64,000 bases of DNA from Gemmatimonadota bacterium (lineage in GTDB: Bacteria > Gemmatimonadota > Gemmatimonadetes > Palauibacterales > Palauibacteraceae): assembly GCA_039584685.1 (NCBI GenBank), contig JBDGXI010000007.1, positions 6,135 through 70,134 on the forward strand, given 5' to 3'. The notes under the pieces were generated by a model. It did no database searches and was not told the origin of the DNA. It saw nothing but the letters and a program-made list of their open reading frames with translations. The position numbers were made by a program, and so were the translations under genes. Numbering within the stretch: position 1 is the stretch's first letter; the number at the start of each line of letters is the position of its first letter. Shown here piece after piece: positions 20,428 to 29,556 of this stretch.

Positions 20428-21197
20428 CGGTGTCCGGCTCCCCCCCGGCACGTGAGTGGTTTCGGGACTGGTTCGGCGAGGAATACCTGGCCCTGTACCC
20501 GCATCGGGACGAGAAGGAGGCGCGGGATGCGGTGAACCTGTTCCACCGGATCTACTCCGGGGCACCCGGGTCGCGGCTCCTGGACCTGGCCTGCGGGGGC
20601 GGCCGACATCTGCGTGCACTGCGGACAACCGGATTCGACGCGATGGGGCTCGATCTATCGAGCACCCTGTTGCGATCCGCTCGTTCGGCCGCTCCCGGGG
20701 AACTGCTGGTGCGCGGAGACATGCGCCGGCTCCCGTTCGCCCGGGGCTCCTTCGGCGGACTGACCAGCTTCTTCACTTCGTTCGGGTATTTTGCGGATGC
20801 GTCGGACGACCAGGACGTGCTTCGCGAGATTTCTCGTGTGTTGAGCCCGGGCGGCTTGTTCATGCTCGATTTCCTCAATGCTGCGCGGGTGAGGGCCGAG
20901 CTTGTGGCGGAGGACTCTCGCGAGGTAAACGGGAATCGTATCGTTCAGTTACGGAGGATCTCCGAAGCCGTGGTCGTGAAGCGAATACGTGTCGAACCGA
21001 TCTCCGGGGGGGCGTCGCGGGAATTCGAGGAGCGGGTCCGTCTCTACTCACCCCAGGAACTCGCGGCACTGCTCGCCGAAGTCGGCCTCGTCACCGAGCA
21101 TCGGTTTGGAGACTACGAGGGCGCGAAGTTCGTCCCCGAGTCTCCCCGCCTGATTCTGGCCGGTCGTCTGCACACGCCCGAGGAGTCGATCTCGTGA
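20424..21197 (+). CDS. Class I SAM-dependent methyltransferase (type 11)
   Basis: ATG 20424 with AAAGGAGG SD; motif I LLDLACGGGRH, motif post-I, motif II. Confidence 0.65.
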   Translation: MTVSGSPPAREWFRDWFGEEYLALYPHRDEKEARDAVNLFHRIYSGAPGSRLLDLACGGGRHLRALRTTGFDAMGLDLSSTLLRSARSAAPGELLVRGDMRRLPFARGSFGGLTSFFTSFGYFADASDDQDVLREISRVLSPGGLFMLDFLNAARVRAELVAEDSREVNGNRIVQLRRISEAVVVKRIRVEPISGGASREFEERVRLYSPQELAALLAEVGLVTEHRFGDYEGAKFVPESPRLILAGRLHTPEESIS

Positions 21198-22822
21198 CCC
21201 GATTGCACCTCGAACCGGAGGGCATCGCCTCCCCCGGGGGCCTTGTTTCGGATCTACTGGAGGGCGAGCCGGGCGCTCTGGGCTTGTTTCCCGCAGCCGT
21301 CTTCCAGCAGCCCGCGGCGCTGCGGGCCCCAGTGAGAGCACCTGGATCCCCCCTGAGCTCCGCGGCGTTCCATTGTCCGTCACCGGAGGCGAGTGAACGA
21401 CTGGAGCGAGTGCTCGCGGGCGGTGGCCTGGTCGTCACCACGGGGCAGCAGCCGCAGCTGTTCGGTGGACCGCTGTACGTGCTCTACAAGGCGCTGACCG
21501 CCGTACGGGCCGCCATGGATGTCGAACGCCGGCTTGGCAGTCCGTGCCTGGCCGTGTTCTGGGTCGCCGCGGACGACCATGATTGGGAAGAGGTGGCCTC
21601 CGTTGGATACCTGGACCGGGAAGAGCAATGGCGTCGGCTCGCCATCGTAGCATCGCCTGACCGAGCCGGGCGCCCGGTCGGTCCTTCACCGCTTCCGCCC
21701 GAGATCTTCGATCGGATCCGGGAGTTCATCGGGGCCATTGAAGTCCACGAAGCGGGGCAGAGGTGGCTGGACCTCCTGAGAGAGCAGTATGTCCCCGGCC
21801 GCTCGTTCACCGATGCCTTTGTCGGCACGGTGGCGCCGTGGATGGGTAGACTGCCGATTGCCTTTCTCGACTCGGCTCACCCGGAGGTGAGACGCGCCGC
21901 GTCACCCTTCGTTCAGAGAGTCATCGAGGAGCGGGGCACTGTGGACGACGCACTCGTGAGAGGGACCGCTGTGGTCACTGAGGCCGGCTATCCAGTGCAA
22001 CTCACGCATCTCGGCGGGGCGGTCCCGCTGTTTCGCGAAGGGAGCGCAGGGAGGTACCGCCTGCGAGGGAGGTCAGGCCCCGTTCAGATCGACGGCGAGA
22101 GGTCGAGGTCGGTGTCCGACCTGTTGGCTGAGGCGGCGTCCGAGCCCGAACGGTTCAGCCCGTCCGCCGCCCTCCGTCCGGCCCTGGAGTCCTGGCTCCT
22201 CCCTGTGCAGGCCACGGTCCTTGGGCCCGGGGAGATCGCCTACTGGGCTCAGCTCGGTCCTGCGTTCGAGACATTGGAGGTGCCCATGCCCGCTATCCTG
22301 CCACGCGACTCGTGGCGGGTGGTGGAGCCACGCGTCGCCCGACTCCTCGCGAAGACCGGAGTCACCGCAGACGACCTGCGCGATGGAGGTTCTGCAGCCG
22401 CAGCTGACCTGGTGCAGCGGAGCCGGCCGGGCTCGGTAGAGGAATCCCTTCAGCGCCTCGAGGACCAGGTGGACGGTAGGTTCGCCGCCCTGGACGAGAC
22501 GGCCGCGAGGGACCTGCCCGGCCTGCGGCCTGCCGTCGGCAAGAGTCGGAGCCAGGTACTCTCCAGTCTTCAGTCCCTGCGCAAGTTACTGGACCGCATG
22601 ACCCGAGAGCGTGAGCAGACGAGCCTCGGTCAGCTGCGACGCGCGGCGGCTAACCTGTATCCGAACGGGAGACCGCAGGAACGGTCCCTGGCCACCTATG
22701 TATACCTGGCACGGCACGGAGTCGGCATTCTGGAGGCCGCTCTCGCGGCGGCGTCTCTTCCGCCACCGCGAGAGGAGGGATCGTCCGGTGACGGCGTTGC
22801 TGGCGGTACTGCCGCGGAGTAG
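21194..22822 (+). CDS. bshC: Bacillithiol biosynthesis cysteine-adding enzyme BshC-family protein
   Basis: GTG 21194 (GTGA overlap); collinear matches to B. subtilis BshC (TTGQQPQLFGGPLYVLYKAL.., FWVAADDHDWEE, GPGEIAYWAQL); ~542 aa. Confidence 0.75.
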   Translation: MTRLHLEPEGIASPGGLVSDLLEGEPGALGLFPAAVFQQPAALRAPVRAPGSPLSSAAFHCPSPEASERLERVLAGGGLVVTTGQQPQLFGGPLYVLYKALTAVRAAMDVERRLGSPCLAVFWVAADDHDWEEVASVGYLDREEQWRRLAIVASPDRAGRPVGPSPLPPEIFDRIREFIGAIEVHEAGQRWLDLLREQYVPGRSFTDAFVGTVAPWMGRLPIAFLDSAHPEVRRAASPFVQRVIEERGTVDDALVRGTAVVTEAGYPVQLTHLGGAVPLFREGSAGRYRLRGRSGPVQIDGERSRSVSDLLAEAASEPERFSPSAALRPALESWLLPVQATVLGPGEIAYWAQLGPAFETLEVPMPAILPRDSWRVVEPRVARLLAKTGVTADDLRDGGSAAAADLVQRSRPGSVEESLQRLEDQVDGRFAALDETAARDLPGLRPAVGKSRSQVLSSLQSLRKLLDRMTREREQTSLGQLRRAAANLYPNGRPQERSLATYVYLARHGVGILEAALAAASLPPPREEGSSGDGVAGGTAAE

Positions 22823-22840
22823 GTTAGCCAGCGTTCGGTG

Positions 22841-22870
22841 GCCGCGCTCTGTGGCGCGGCACTCCGTCTT
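22841..22870 (+). terminator. Candidate intrinsic terminator after bshC (GCCGCGC-tctgtg-GCGCGGC then T-containing tail)
   Basis: Perfect 7-bp GC stem, 6-nt loop, followed by ACTCCGTCTTACTCT; one of the few intergenic gaps in the plus-strand string. Confidence 0.35.
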
Positions 22871-22881
22871 ACTCTCGACAG

Positions 22882-23166
22882 GTGGTGGGCGTGCATTGGG
22901 CCGTAATCATCGGTCTTGTCCTCATGATTCCGATCCTCGCGATCGTACTGGATTCATCGGTGGGGCAGGCACTGGCGAACCGCATCGCCCGGGGCGTAGA
23001 GGAAGGTAAGTCCCCCGAGATGGAGTCGCGCGTTGGCGAGCTGGAAGCGGAAGTGAAGTACCTGAGCGAGAGCATGGAGAGTCTCCGGGAGGAGACGGAG
23101 TTCGTGCGTCGACTCATCGAGGGGGCCGACGAGGGCGGCGCTACCCGCCTCGGGCCGGGTGACTGA
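22882..23166 (+). CDS. Small membrane-anchored coiled-coil protein (N-terminal TM helix then heptad-repeat region), translationally coupled to murJ
   Basis: TM segment HWAVIIGLVLMIPILAIVL then ESRVGELEAEVKYLSESMESLREETEFVRRLIE; its stop shares GTGACTGA with the murJ GTG start; PspB-like architecture only. Confidence 0.45.
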   Translation: MVGVHWAVIIGLVLMIPILAIVLDSSVGQALANRIARGVEEGKSPEMESRVGELEAEVKYLSESMESLREETEFVRRLIEGADEGGATRLGPGD

Positions 23167-24717
23167 CAGGCCGCCTGCCGCCAATGACGCTTCCGGTCTC
23201 CCGCCCCAGGAGCACCGGCTGACGTCATCTCGCTTCCGACCGGCGACGGCCGTCGCCTCGGGAATCCTTCTGAGTCGGCTGACGGGCCTGGCTCGAGATA
23301 TGGCCGTCGCGGCATTCCTGGGTACCAACCTGCTGGCCGACGCGTACTGGGCCGCGATCAAGATCCCGAACATCATTCGCAATCTCCTCGGTGAGGGAAC
23401 TCTCTCCGCAGCCTTCGTACCGGTGTACTCGGAATCGCTGCAGACGCATGGCGAGTCGTCTCCCCAGGCCGCCAGGCTGGCATCTTCGGTACTCGGAATC
23501 GTACTGACTGCGGCCGTGGTGCTGAGCAGCCTCGGCGTCATCCTTGCGCCGTGGATCACCGATCTCGTGATGTTGGGCGCCGACGAGGAGCCCCGTCGGA
23601 TCACCACCGAGCTGGTGCGCATCCTGTTCCCGATGTCCGGGACGCTGATCGTGGCAGCCTGGTTTCTCGGGGTCCTCAACAGCCACGGGAAGTTCTTCCT
23701 TCCCTTCGTGGCGCCCACGATCTGGAACGTGTGTCAGATCGTCGGCCTGTTCGCCGCGCGGGCCGCGGGTAGCGACCGATTCGCCCACGCCCTGGCGTGG
23801 TCCGCGCTCGTGGGAAGCGTGCTTCAGGTCGCGATTCAGATCCCCGTCGCTCGCCGCCTCGTCGGATCACTCCGCCCGAAAGCGTCCTGGAGCTGGGAGC
23901 CGGTTCGACGCGTGGTTCGCAACACGTTGCCCGTAATCTCGAGCCAGGGGATCTTTCAGATCTCGACACTGGTGGACATTTCCCTGGCTACTCTGGTGGG
24001 AACCAGCGCGATGTCGGCGTTGGGGTACTCCCAGCGCCTGATGTATCTCCCGATCAGCCTCTTCGGAATCGCCGTCGCGGCAGCCGCCTTGCCTGACATG
24101 TCCAGGGAGGCCACGGCGGCCCGACTGAAGCCGCGCCTGGTGAACGGGTTCTTCCAGATTCTCTTCTTCGTGCTCCCGGCCGCGGTGTGCTTCCTGATCT
24201 TCGGAGACCTGATCGTGCGGGTGATCTACCAGCGTGGCGCATTCTCCGAGACGAGCACGGTTCTCGTGGCGGCGGTGCTCGGAACCTACGCGCTCGGGCT
24301 GGTCGCCTCCAGCTCCCAGAAGCTGTTCGCCAGTGGCTTTCACGCCCTCCAGGACACCCGCACTCCGATGCTGCTCGCGGCGGTGTCCGTCACGATCGGC
24401 ATCGGCCTGGCGATCGCCTTCACGCTCGTCGCCCGGTCTCGCCTGCCGGTCGCCTACCGGCCGTACGCCGCGATGGGAATCGCGTTGGGCTGGAGCGACA
24501 GCTCGGCGGTCTGTTCGACGGGCAGGCATTGAGGGCCGCGGGACGCCTGGCCGCAGCCGCCGGCCTGGCAGCACTCGCCGCAACGGCCACCCGTGCGTGG
24601 ATCGGGGTGCACTGGCAGGGCGCCGGCTTCCTCCATGACCTGGGCCTCCTGCTGCTCATACCTCCTCATTGCGCGCCGCCCACCCGTCGTCCTGCCCGAG
24701 GAAGGTCGGTCGGGTGA
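23159..24717 (+). pseudogene. murJ: Lipid II flippase MurJ with apparent frame break: first ~440 codons in one frame (stop at 24532), last ~78 codons continue in the -1 frame (24484-24717)
   Basis: MurJ N-terminal signature (LLSRLTGLARDMAVAAFLG..DAYWAAIKIPN..EGTLSAAFVP); combined length 519 aa is typical and the shifted tail ends in a GTGA overlap with uvrC. Confidence 0.6.
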
Positions 24718-26481
24718 GCACTGAGCGTCTCGAAGCGGAATTGAAGGCGCTTCCCAATCGTCCGGGAGTGTACCTGTTTCGTGGTGACGACGGAGAGATC
24801 CTGTACGTCGGTAAGGCGACCTCGCTCCGGAGCCGGGTGCGCAGCTACTTCGGTAGGGGAGGCGATCGGTCGTTCAAGCTGCGGGAGCTTTCTCGCCGCA
24901 CGGCGTCCGTGGAGACGTTCGTCGTGGGATCATCGGCAGAGGCCCTTCTTCTCGAGTCGAACCTCATCAAGGAGCACGCACCGAAGTTCAACATCCAGCT
25001 CAGGGACGACAAGACGTTTCCGTACGTCAAGGTGACCGTGCACGAGCCTTTTCCGCGGGTCCTGGTGACCCGGCGCCTCGTACGGGACGGATCGCGCTAC
25101 TTCGGTCCTTTCACGGACGTCGGGGCCATGCGGCGCGCCCTGAGGATGATTCGGCACATGTTTACCGTGCGAAGCTGCCATTACGATCTTCCGCGCGATG
25201 CCCCGGACCGACCGTGTCTCGATTACTTCATCGATCGGTGCCGGGCCCCATGCGTGGGGCGGCAGACACAGGCCGAATACCGCGAAATGATCGAGAGGAT
25301 CCTGAAGATCCTCTCCGGACGGACGGGCCGCCTCAGGCGAGAGGTCCAGAGCCAGATGCGGGAGGCCGCTGAAGGACTCGACTTCGAGCGGGCGGCCGAG
25401 CTCCGGGACGTCCTCCGCGGCCTGGAATCCCTGGAGAAGCGTCAGACATCGATCGACTTCAGAGGCGGTGACCGGGACGTCCTGGGATTTCCTGCAGATC
25501 GGCCAGGGAGTGGACGACGTGTCAGCCCTTACTTCAGCGGCGATCAAGGGTGTGTATCTGAGGCGGGACGATCTCCCTGCCGAGCTGGTCGTCCCGGCCG
25601 ACTTCGAGGATCGCGAACTGGTCGAGTCGGTGCTTTCCGAGCGGCGGGGATCAGCCTTTCACATCCTGGTCCCCCAGCGCGGGCTGAAACGACGACTCGT
25701 GGAGCTGGCGGAAGGCAACGCGGGTCGCATCCTGGCAGAGCGAGCGCAAAGCGATGAAGAAGGACCCGGAACGACGGCGGCGCCACCGGCGGCAAGAGAG
25801 TTGGCAGTGGCTCTCGGCCTGGAATGCCCTCCGCGTGACCTGACCTGCTTCGACATCTCGACCCTCAGCGGCCGAGACTCCGTCGGAAGCGCCGTATGGC
25901 TGCGGGATGGAGTCCCCCGGAAGAAGGAGTACAGGCGCTTCCGGATTCGTGAGACGGCGGACGGCAAGACCGACGACTACTCGATGATGCAGGAGGTCGT
26001 GGGAAGGTACTTCGCCCGGCGGGTGAAGGAGGGCGATCCGATCCCCGACCTGGTGGTCATCGACGGAGGGAAGGGCCAGCTCGGCGCTGCCCTTCACGCC
26101 ATGGAGAGCGCCGGTGTATCAGATATTCCCGTGATCTCCCTCGCGAAGCGGGAGGAGGAGGTCTTTGTGCCGGGAGTTACTGAGCCACTGCGTCTCGAAC
26201 GCCGGAGCGGGGGCCTGCGCTGGCTGCAGCGCGCCCGGGACGAAGCCCACCGGTTCGCCGTCGACTACAACCGCAATCTGCGCCGTCGGCGCACCCTGCG
26301 CTCCCGCCTCTCCGAGATTCCTGGCGTCGGTCCGACTCGCGAGAAGGATCTTCTACGGAAGTTCGGCAGCGTACAGGCGATTCGGAAGGCCAGGGCCGAA
26401 GATCTGGCTAGCGTTCGCGGCGTTGGTCAGGCGACGGCCAGCCGGATTCTCGCGGCGCTTTCGGAAGACGAGGCCGGCTAG
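24714..26481 (+). pseudogene. uvrC: Excinuclease ABC subunit C with apparent frame break near 25470-25530: GIY-YIG plus UVR N-terminal ~259 codons in one frame, RNaseH-like plus (HhH)2 C-terminal ~330 codons in the +1 frame
   Basis: N-terminal PGVYLFRGDDGEILYVGKA GIY-YIG and UVR motif; C-terminal ORF 25468-26481 has the UvrC endonuclease and HhH domains; summed length ~590 aa matches intact UvrC. Confidence 0.65.
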
Positions 26482-26710
26482 GGCGCGGTGAGAGCTAGCC
26501 CGTCTCCTGTCTCACGACAGGAAACATGCGTACCCGTTTCGCGTAGTAGAGGAGTCAGGGCTTGCCGCGGTTCACTCACGGTGACAGGATGGCCCCGACG
26601 GTTCAGGCCGGAGCCTCCGTGCGGAGGAGTTCCGGGACTCGCGAAAAGGTCGCCATATCAAGGACGTTTGGCCCAGTGAGTCGCTTGCGAATAAGACACT
26701 TGAGGTAATC

Positions 26711-28057
26711 ATGCTCAGAACTTGGTTGAGACTTGGAATCGCGGCGTTTTCGATCGCGGCTTTCGGCCTCCCGGCGCACCTGTTCGCCCAGGACTGCGCC
26801 GAGAAAGGGAACCAGCACACGCGCAGCGCTGACGTGGAACTCAGTTATGCGGCGCGACGCGACGATCCGCAGCCGAAGGAAAAGCGGTATGCCCGGGCGA
26901 TCGAGAAGCTCGAGCCTACGCTCGCCGATGATGATACGCCGGCGCGGGCCTACCTTCTCGCCGCGCAGGCCTACCTGGGACTTCGCGATTACGCCGGAGC
27001 CGACTCGATGTTGACAAAGCTCACCTCGGTCGCGCCCGCCTGCACCGACCTGGTGAACGAGGCGCGGTTCAATGCATGGGTGCCTCTGTACAACATGGGA
27101 ATCAACGCTTTGCGGGCCAACGACCAGGCGGGAGCCCTGGATGCGTTCCTGCAGGCGAACGTGATCTACGCCGACTCTCGCTCCCTCACAAACGCCGCTA
27201 ACATCTATCAGAGGCAGGAGGAGAACGCGCGGGCGATGGAGCTGTACGAGCAGGCCCTGGCGCTCGGCGGTGATCCGGAGATGGTCCGTGCGGCCAGCAT
27301 CAACCTGGCGGAGCTTTTGCGGATCGACGGGCGGGATGAGGAAGCACTGGCCATCTACTCGGACTACGCTGCCGAGCATCCCGAAGATGTCCTGGGTTTG
27401 CTCAATTATGCCGTCGCCTTGATGGACGCCGGAGAGGAGGAGCCCGCGCAGCAGTTGTTCGCAGATCTGCTCATGCGAGACGACCTGAGCTTCAGGCAAT
27501 GGTCTCAGGTCGGGATCGGACTGTACCGGGCCCAGAACTTCGAGCAGGCGGCCGAGGCCTTCGAAAGGGCGCACGAGCTGAACTCGCTGAACAAGGAGAC
27601 GATGGAGAACCTGGCTAACACGTACTACCAGGCGAAGCGTTACGCGGATCTCCTCCCCCTGGCAGACGAGCTGGTCGATCGCTACCCGTTCGAATCCATC
27701 AACTACAACCTCCTGGCCAACGCTCACAGGGAGCTCGACGATCCGGAGGCCGCGCTGGCGGTGCTGGAGATCCGGGACGGCCTGGAGTTCGAGTTCCTCC
27801 GCTCACAGCTCGCCGCGACCGGGGAGGGCATGTACAGCGTGGAGGGGCAGGTCATGAACAAGAGCGGAGCTGCGGGTTCGGAGATCACCGTCCCGATCCA
27901 GCTGCTGGACGAACAGGGGCAAGTCGTGATCAGCGAAGACCTGCTGCTCGCGCTCCCGGCCGAGGGAGAGGCGTCGTCCTTCCTCGTGGAGTTCGAGATC
28001 GAGGAGCCGGTGTCAGGCTTCCGGTATAGCCCGGGCGGCAGCGCCAGCGACTCCTGA
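26711..28057 (+). CDS. Secreted tetratricopeptide-repeat protein with distinct ~90-aa C-terminal domain
   Basis: Signal peptide (AFGLPAHLFAQD), multiple TPR-like helical pairs, acidic C-terminal beta-rich segment. Confidence 0.6.
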   Translation: MLRTWLRLGIAAFSIAAFGLPAHLFAQDCAEKGNQHTRSADVELSYAARRDDPQPKEKRYARAIEKLEPTLADDDTPARAYLLAAQAYLGLRDYAGADSMLTKLTSVAPACTDLVNEARFNAWVPLYNMGINALRANDQAGALDAFLQANVIYADSRSLTNAANIYQRQEENARAMELYEQALALGGDPEMVRAASINLAELLRIDGRDEEALAIYSDYAAEHPEDVLGLLNYAVALMDAGEEEPAQQLFADLLMRDDLSFRQWSQVGIGLYRAQNFEQAAEAFERAHELNSLNKETMENLANTYYQAKRYADLLPLADELVDRYPFESINYNLLANAHRELDDPEAALAVLEIRDGLEFEFLRSQLAATGEGMYSVEGQVMNKSGAAGSEITVPIQLLDEQGQVVISEDLLLALPAEGEASSFLVEFEIEEPVSGFRYSPGGSASDS

Positions 28058-28258
28058 ACCAACAACAGCCGTGGGGCGGGCGGGGATCCGAGTCGGGTCT
28101 CCGCCCGTCTTGGCATCTGCGGGTTATTCTCCGATGGCCGCAGGCGCCCGGGTTGGAGGCGCGACTCGGCACGGATATATTGGCCGGCGCCACAGAGGCC
28201 GCCTCGCTCCTGCGGGCGGAGGGCCATCGGGCCCAGGGCTGACACAGAGGAACACGGA

Positions 28259-29536
28259 ATGGTCCGCGTCGCGCGGGTAAGACGTAACTCGATCGGCGCC
28301 GACCTGGAGATCCCTCCCGGCGCGGCGCTAGTCTCGATCAACGGACGGGATCTTCGCGATTCTCTCGACCTCCGATTCTACGAGGCGGACGCAGAGGTCG
28401 TTCTGGCGGTGCGGCTTCCCGACGCGCAGTCGGTCGTCTACGAGATCGAGAAGCACCCCGACGAGAGTCTCGGTCTGATCCCAGAGGTAGACAAGGTGCG
28501 GCGGTGCACGAACGCCTGTCCGTTCTGTTTCGTGAAGGGCAACCCGAAAGCGACCCGACTGAGACAGCCCCTGTACGTCAAGGATGACGACTACCGGCTT
28601 TCCTTCATGTTCGGTCATTACGTGACCCTCACCAACCTCAGGGACGAGGATTGGGAGCGCATCTTCGAGCAGCGCCTCACGCCGCTTTACGTCAGCGTCC
28701 ACGCCACAGACCCAGACGCACGTCTCCGTATGCTGGTCAACCCTCGCGCGGCTCTGATCGATGAGCACCTGGACCGACTCTCCGAGGGTTCCATACAGGT
28801 GCACGCTCAGGTCGTTCTGTGCCCCGAGCTGAACGATGGACAGATCCTCGAGCGCACAATCCGAGACCTGTACTTGCGGGGAGAGAGCATCCTTTCCCTG
28901 TCGATCGTGCCGGTGGGTCTGACCGACTTCAACTCGGATCGCGGCGTACGGGCACTCACCGCCGAAGAGTGTATCGAGTCTCTGGCCATGATCGACGCCT
29001 TTCGCGCGCGAGCATCGGTTGAGCGAGGGCGGGCCTGGTGCTACGCCGCGGACGAGATGTTCCTCCAGGCGGGCGTCGACCTACCCGGTCCGGACTACTT
29101 CGACGATCGTCAGCTCGTCGCGAACGGCGTGGGGGCGGTCTCGGCCCTCATCTCGGCGGTCCGGGCGGACCTGCCGGATCTACCGGCTCTAAGTGGCCAG
29201 AGGATCGTGCTGGTGACCGGCACTTCCATGAGGCCGCACCTGGCCGGCCTGGCATCTGAGATCGCCAGCCGCACGGGCGCATCGATCGACACGGTGGCCG
29301 CTCTCAACGCGCTCTACGGCCCGATGGTGACAACCGCGGGCCTTCTGGCCGGTGCGGACCACGCCCGGGCACTGGCGCCGCACCGTGACTACGACCTGGC
29401 TCTGTTCAGCCGCGCCGCTCTCAACGACCAGGACCTGTTTCTTGACGACCTCTCTCTCCAGGAGCTGAGACGGGCGTTGCCCGAACTGAGGATACTGCCA
29501 TCGGAGCACGTGACGGACACACTGCTGGCCCGGTAG
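28259..29536 (+). CDS. DUF512-family protein: N-terminal PDZ-like segment plus radical-SAM-like CX3CX2C core
   Basis: CTNACPFC motif, PDZ-like N-terminus, conserved C-terminal DUF512-like region; immediately upstream of der. Confidence 0.55.
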   Translation: MVRVARVRRNSIGADLEIPPGAALVSINGRDLRDSLDLRFYEADAEVVLAVRLPDAQSVVYEIEKHPDESLGLIPEVDKVRRCTNACPFCFVKGNPKATRLRQPLYVKDDDYRLSFMFGHYVTLTNLRDEDWERIFEQRLTPLYVSVHATDPDARLRMLVNPRAALIDEHLDRLSEGSIQVHAQVVLCPELNDGQILERTIRDLYLRGESILSLSIVPVGLTDFNSDRGVRALTAEECIESLAMIDAFRARASVERGRAWCYAADEMFLQAGVDLPGPDYFDDRQLVANGVGAVSALISAVRADLPDLPALSGQRIVLVTGTSMRPHLAGLASEIASRTGASIDTVAALNALYGPMVTTAGLLAGADHARALAPHRDYDLALFSRAALNDQDLFLDDLSLQELRRALPELRILPSEHVTDTLLAR

Positions 29537-29556
29537 GTCTTCCGACGGTCGCGATC

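Noticed and set aside
20456-21193. First ~246 codons of the 788-aa ORF-track frame preceding bshC
   Set aside because: They overlap the methyltransferase in another frame and are Arg/Gly-rich nonsense; BshC homology begins only at the GTG at 21194.
26560-26640. Resemblance of GGTGACAGG...TTCAGGCCGGAG to the SRP (4.5S) RNA domain IV
   Set aside because: Only short word matches; the conserved CCAGGUCAGGUCCGGAAGGAAGCAGCC core is not present.
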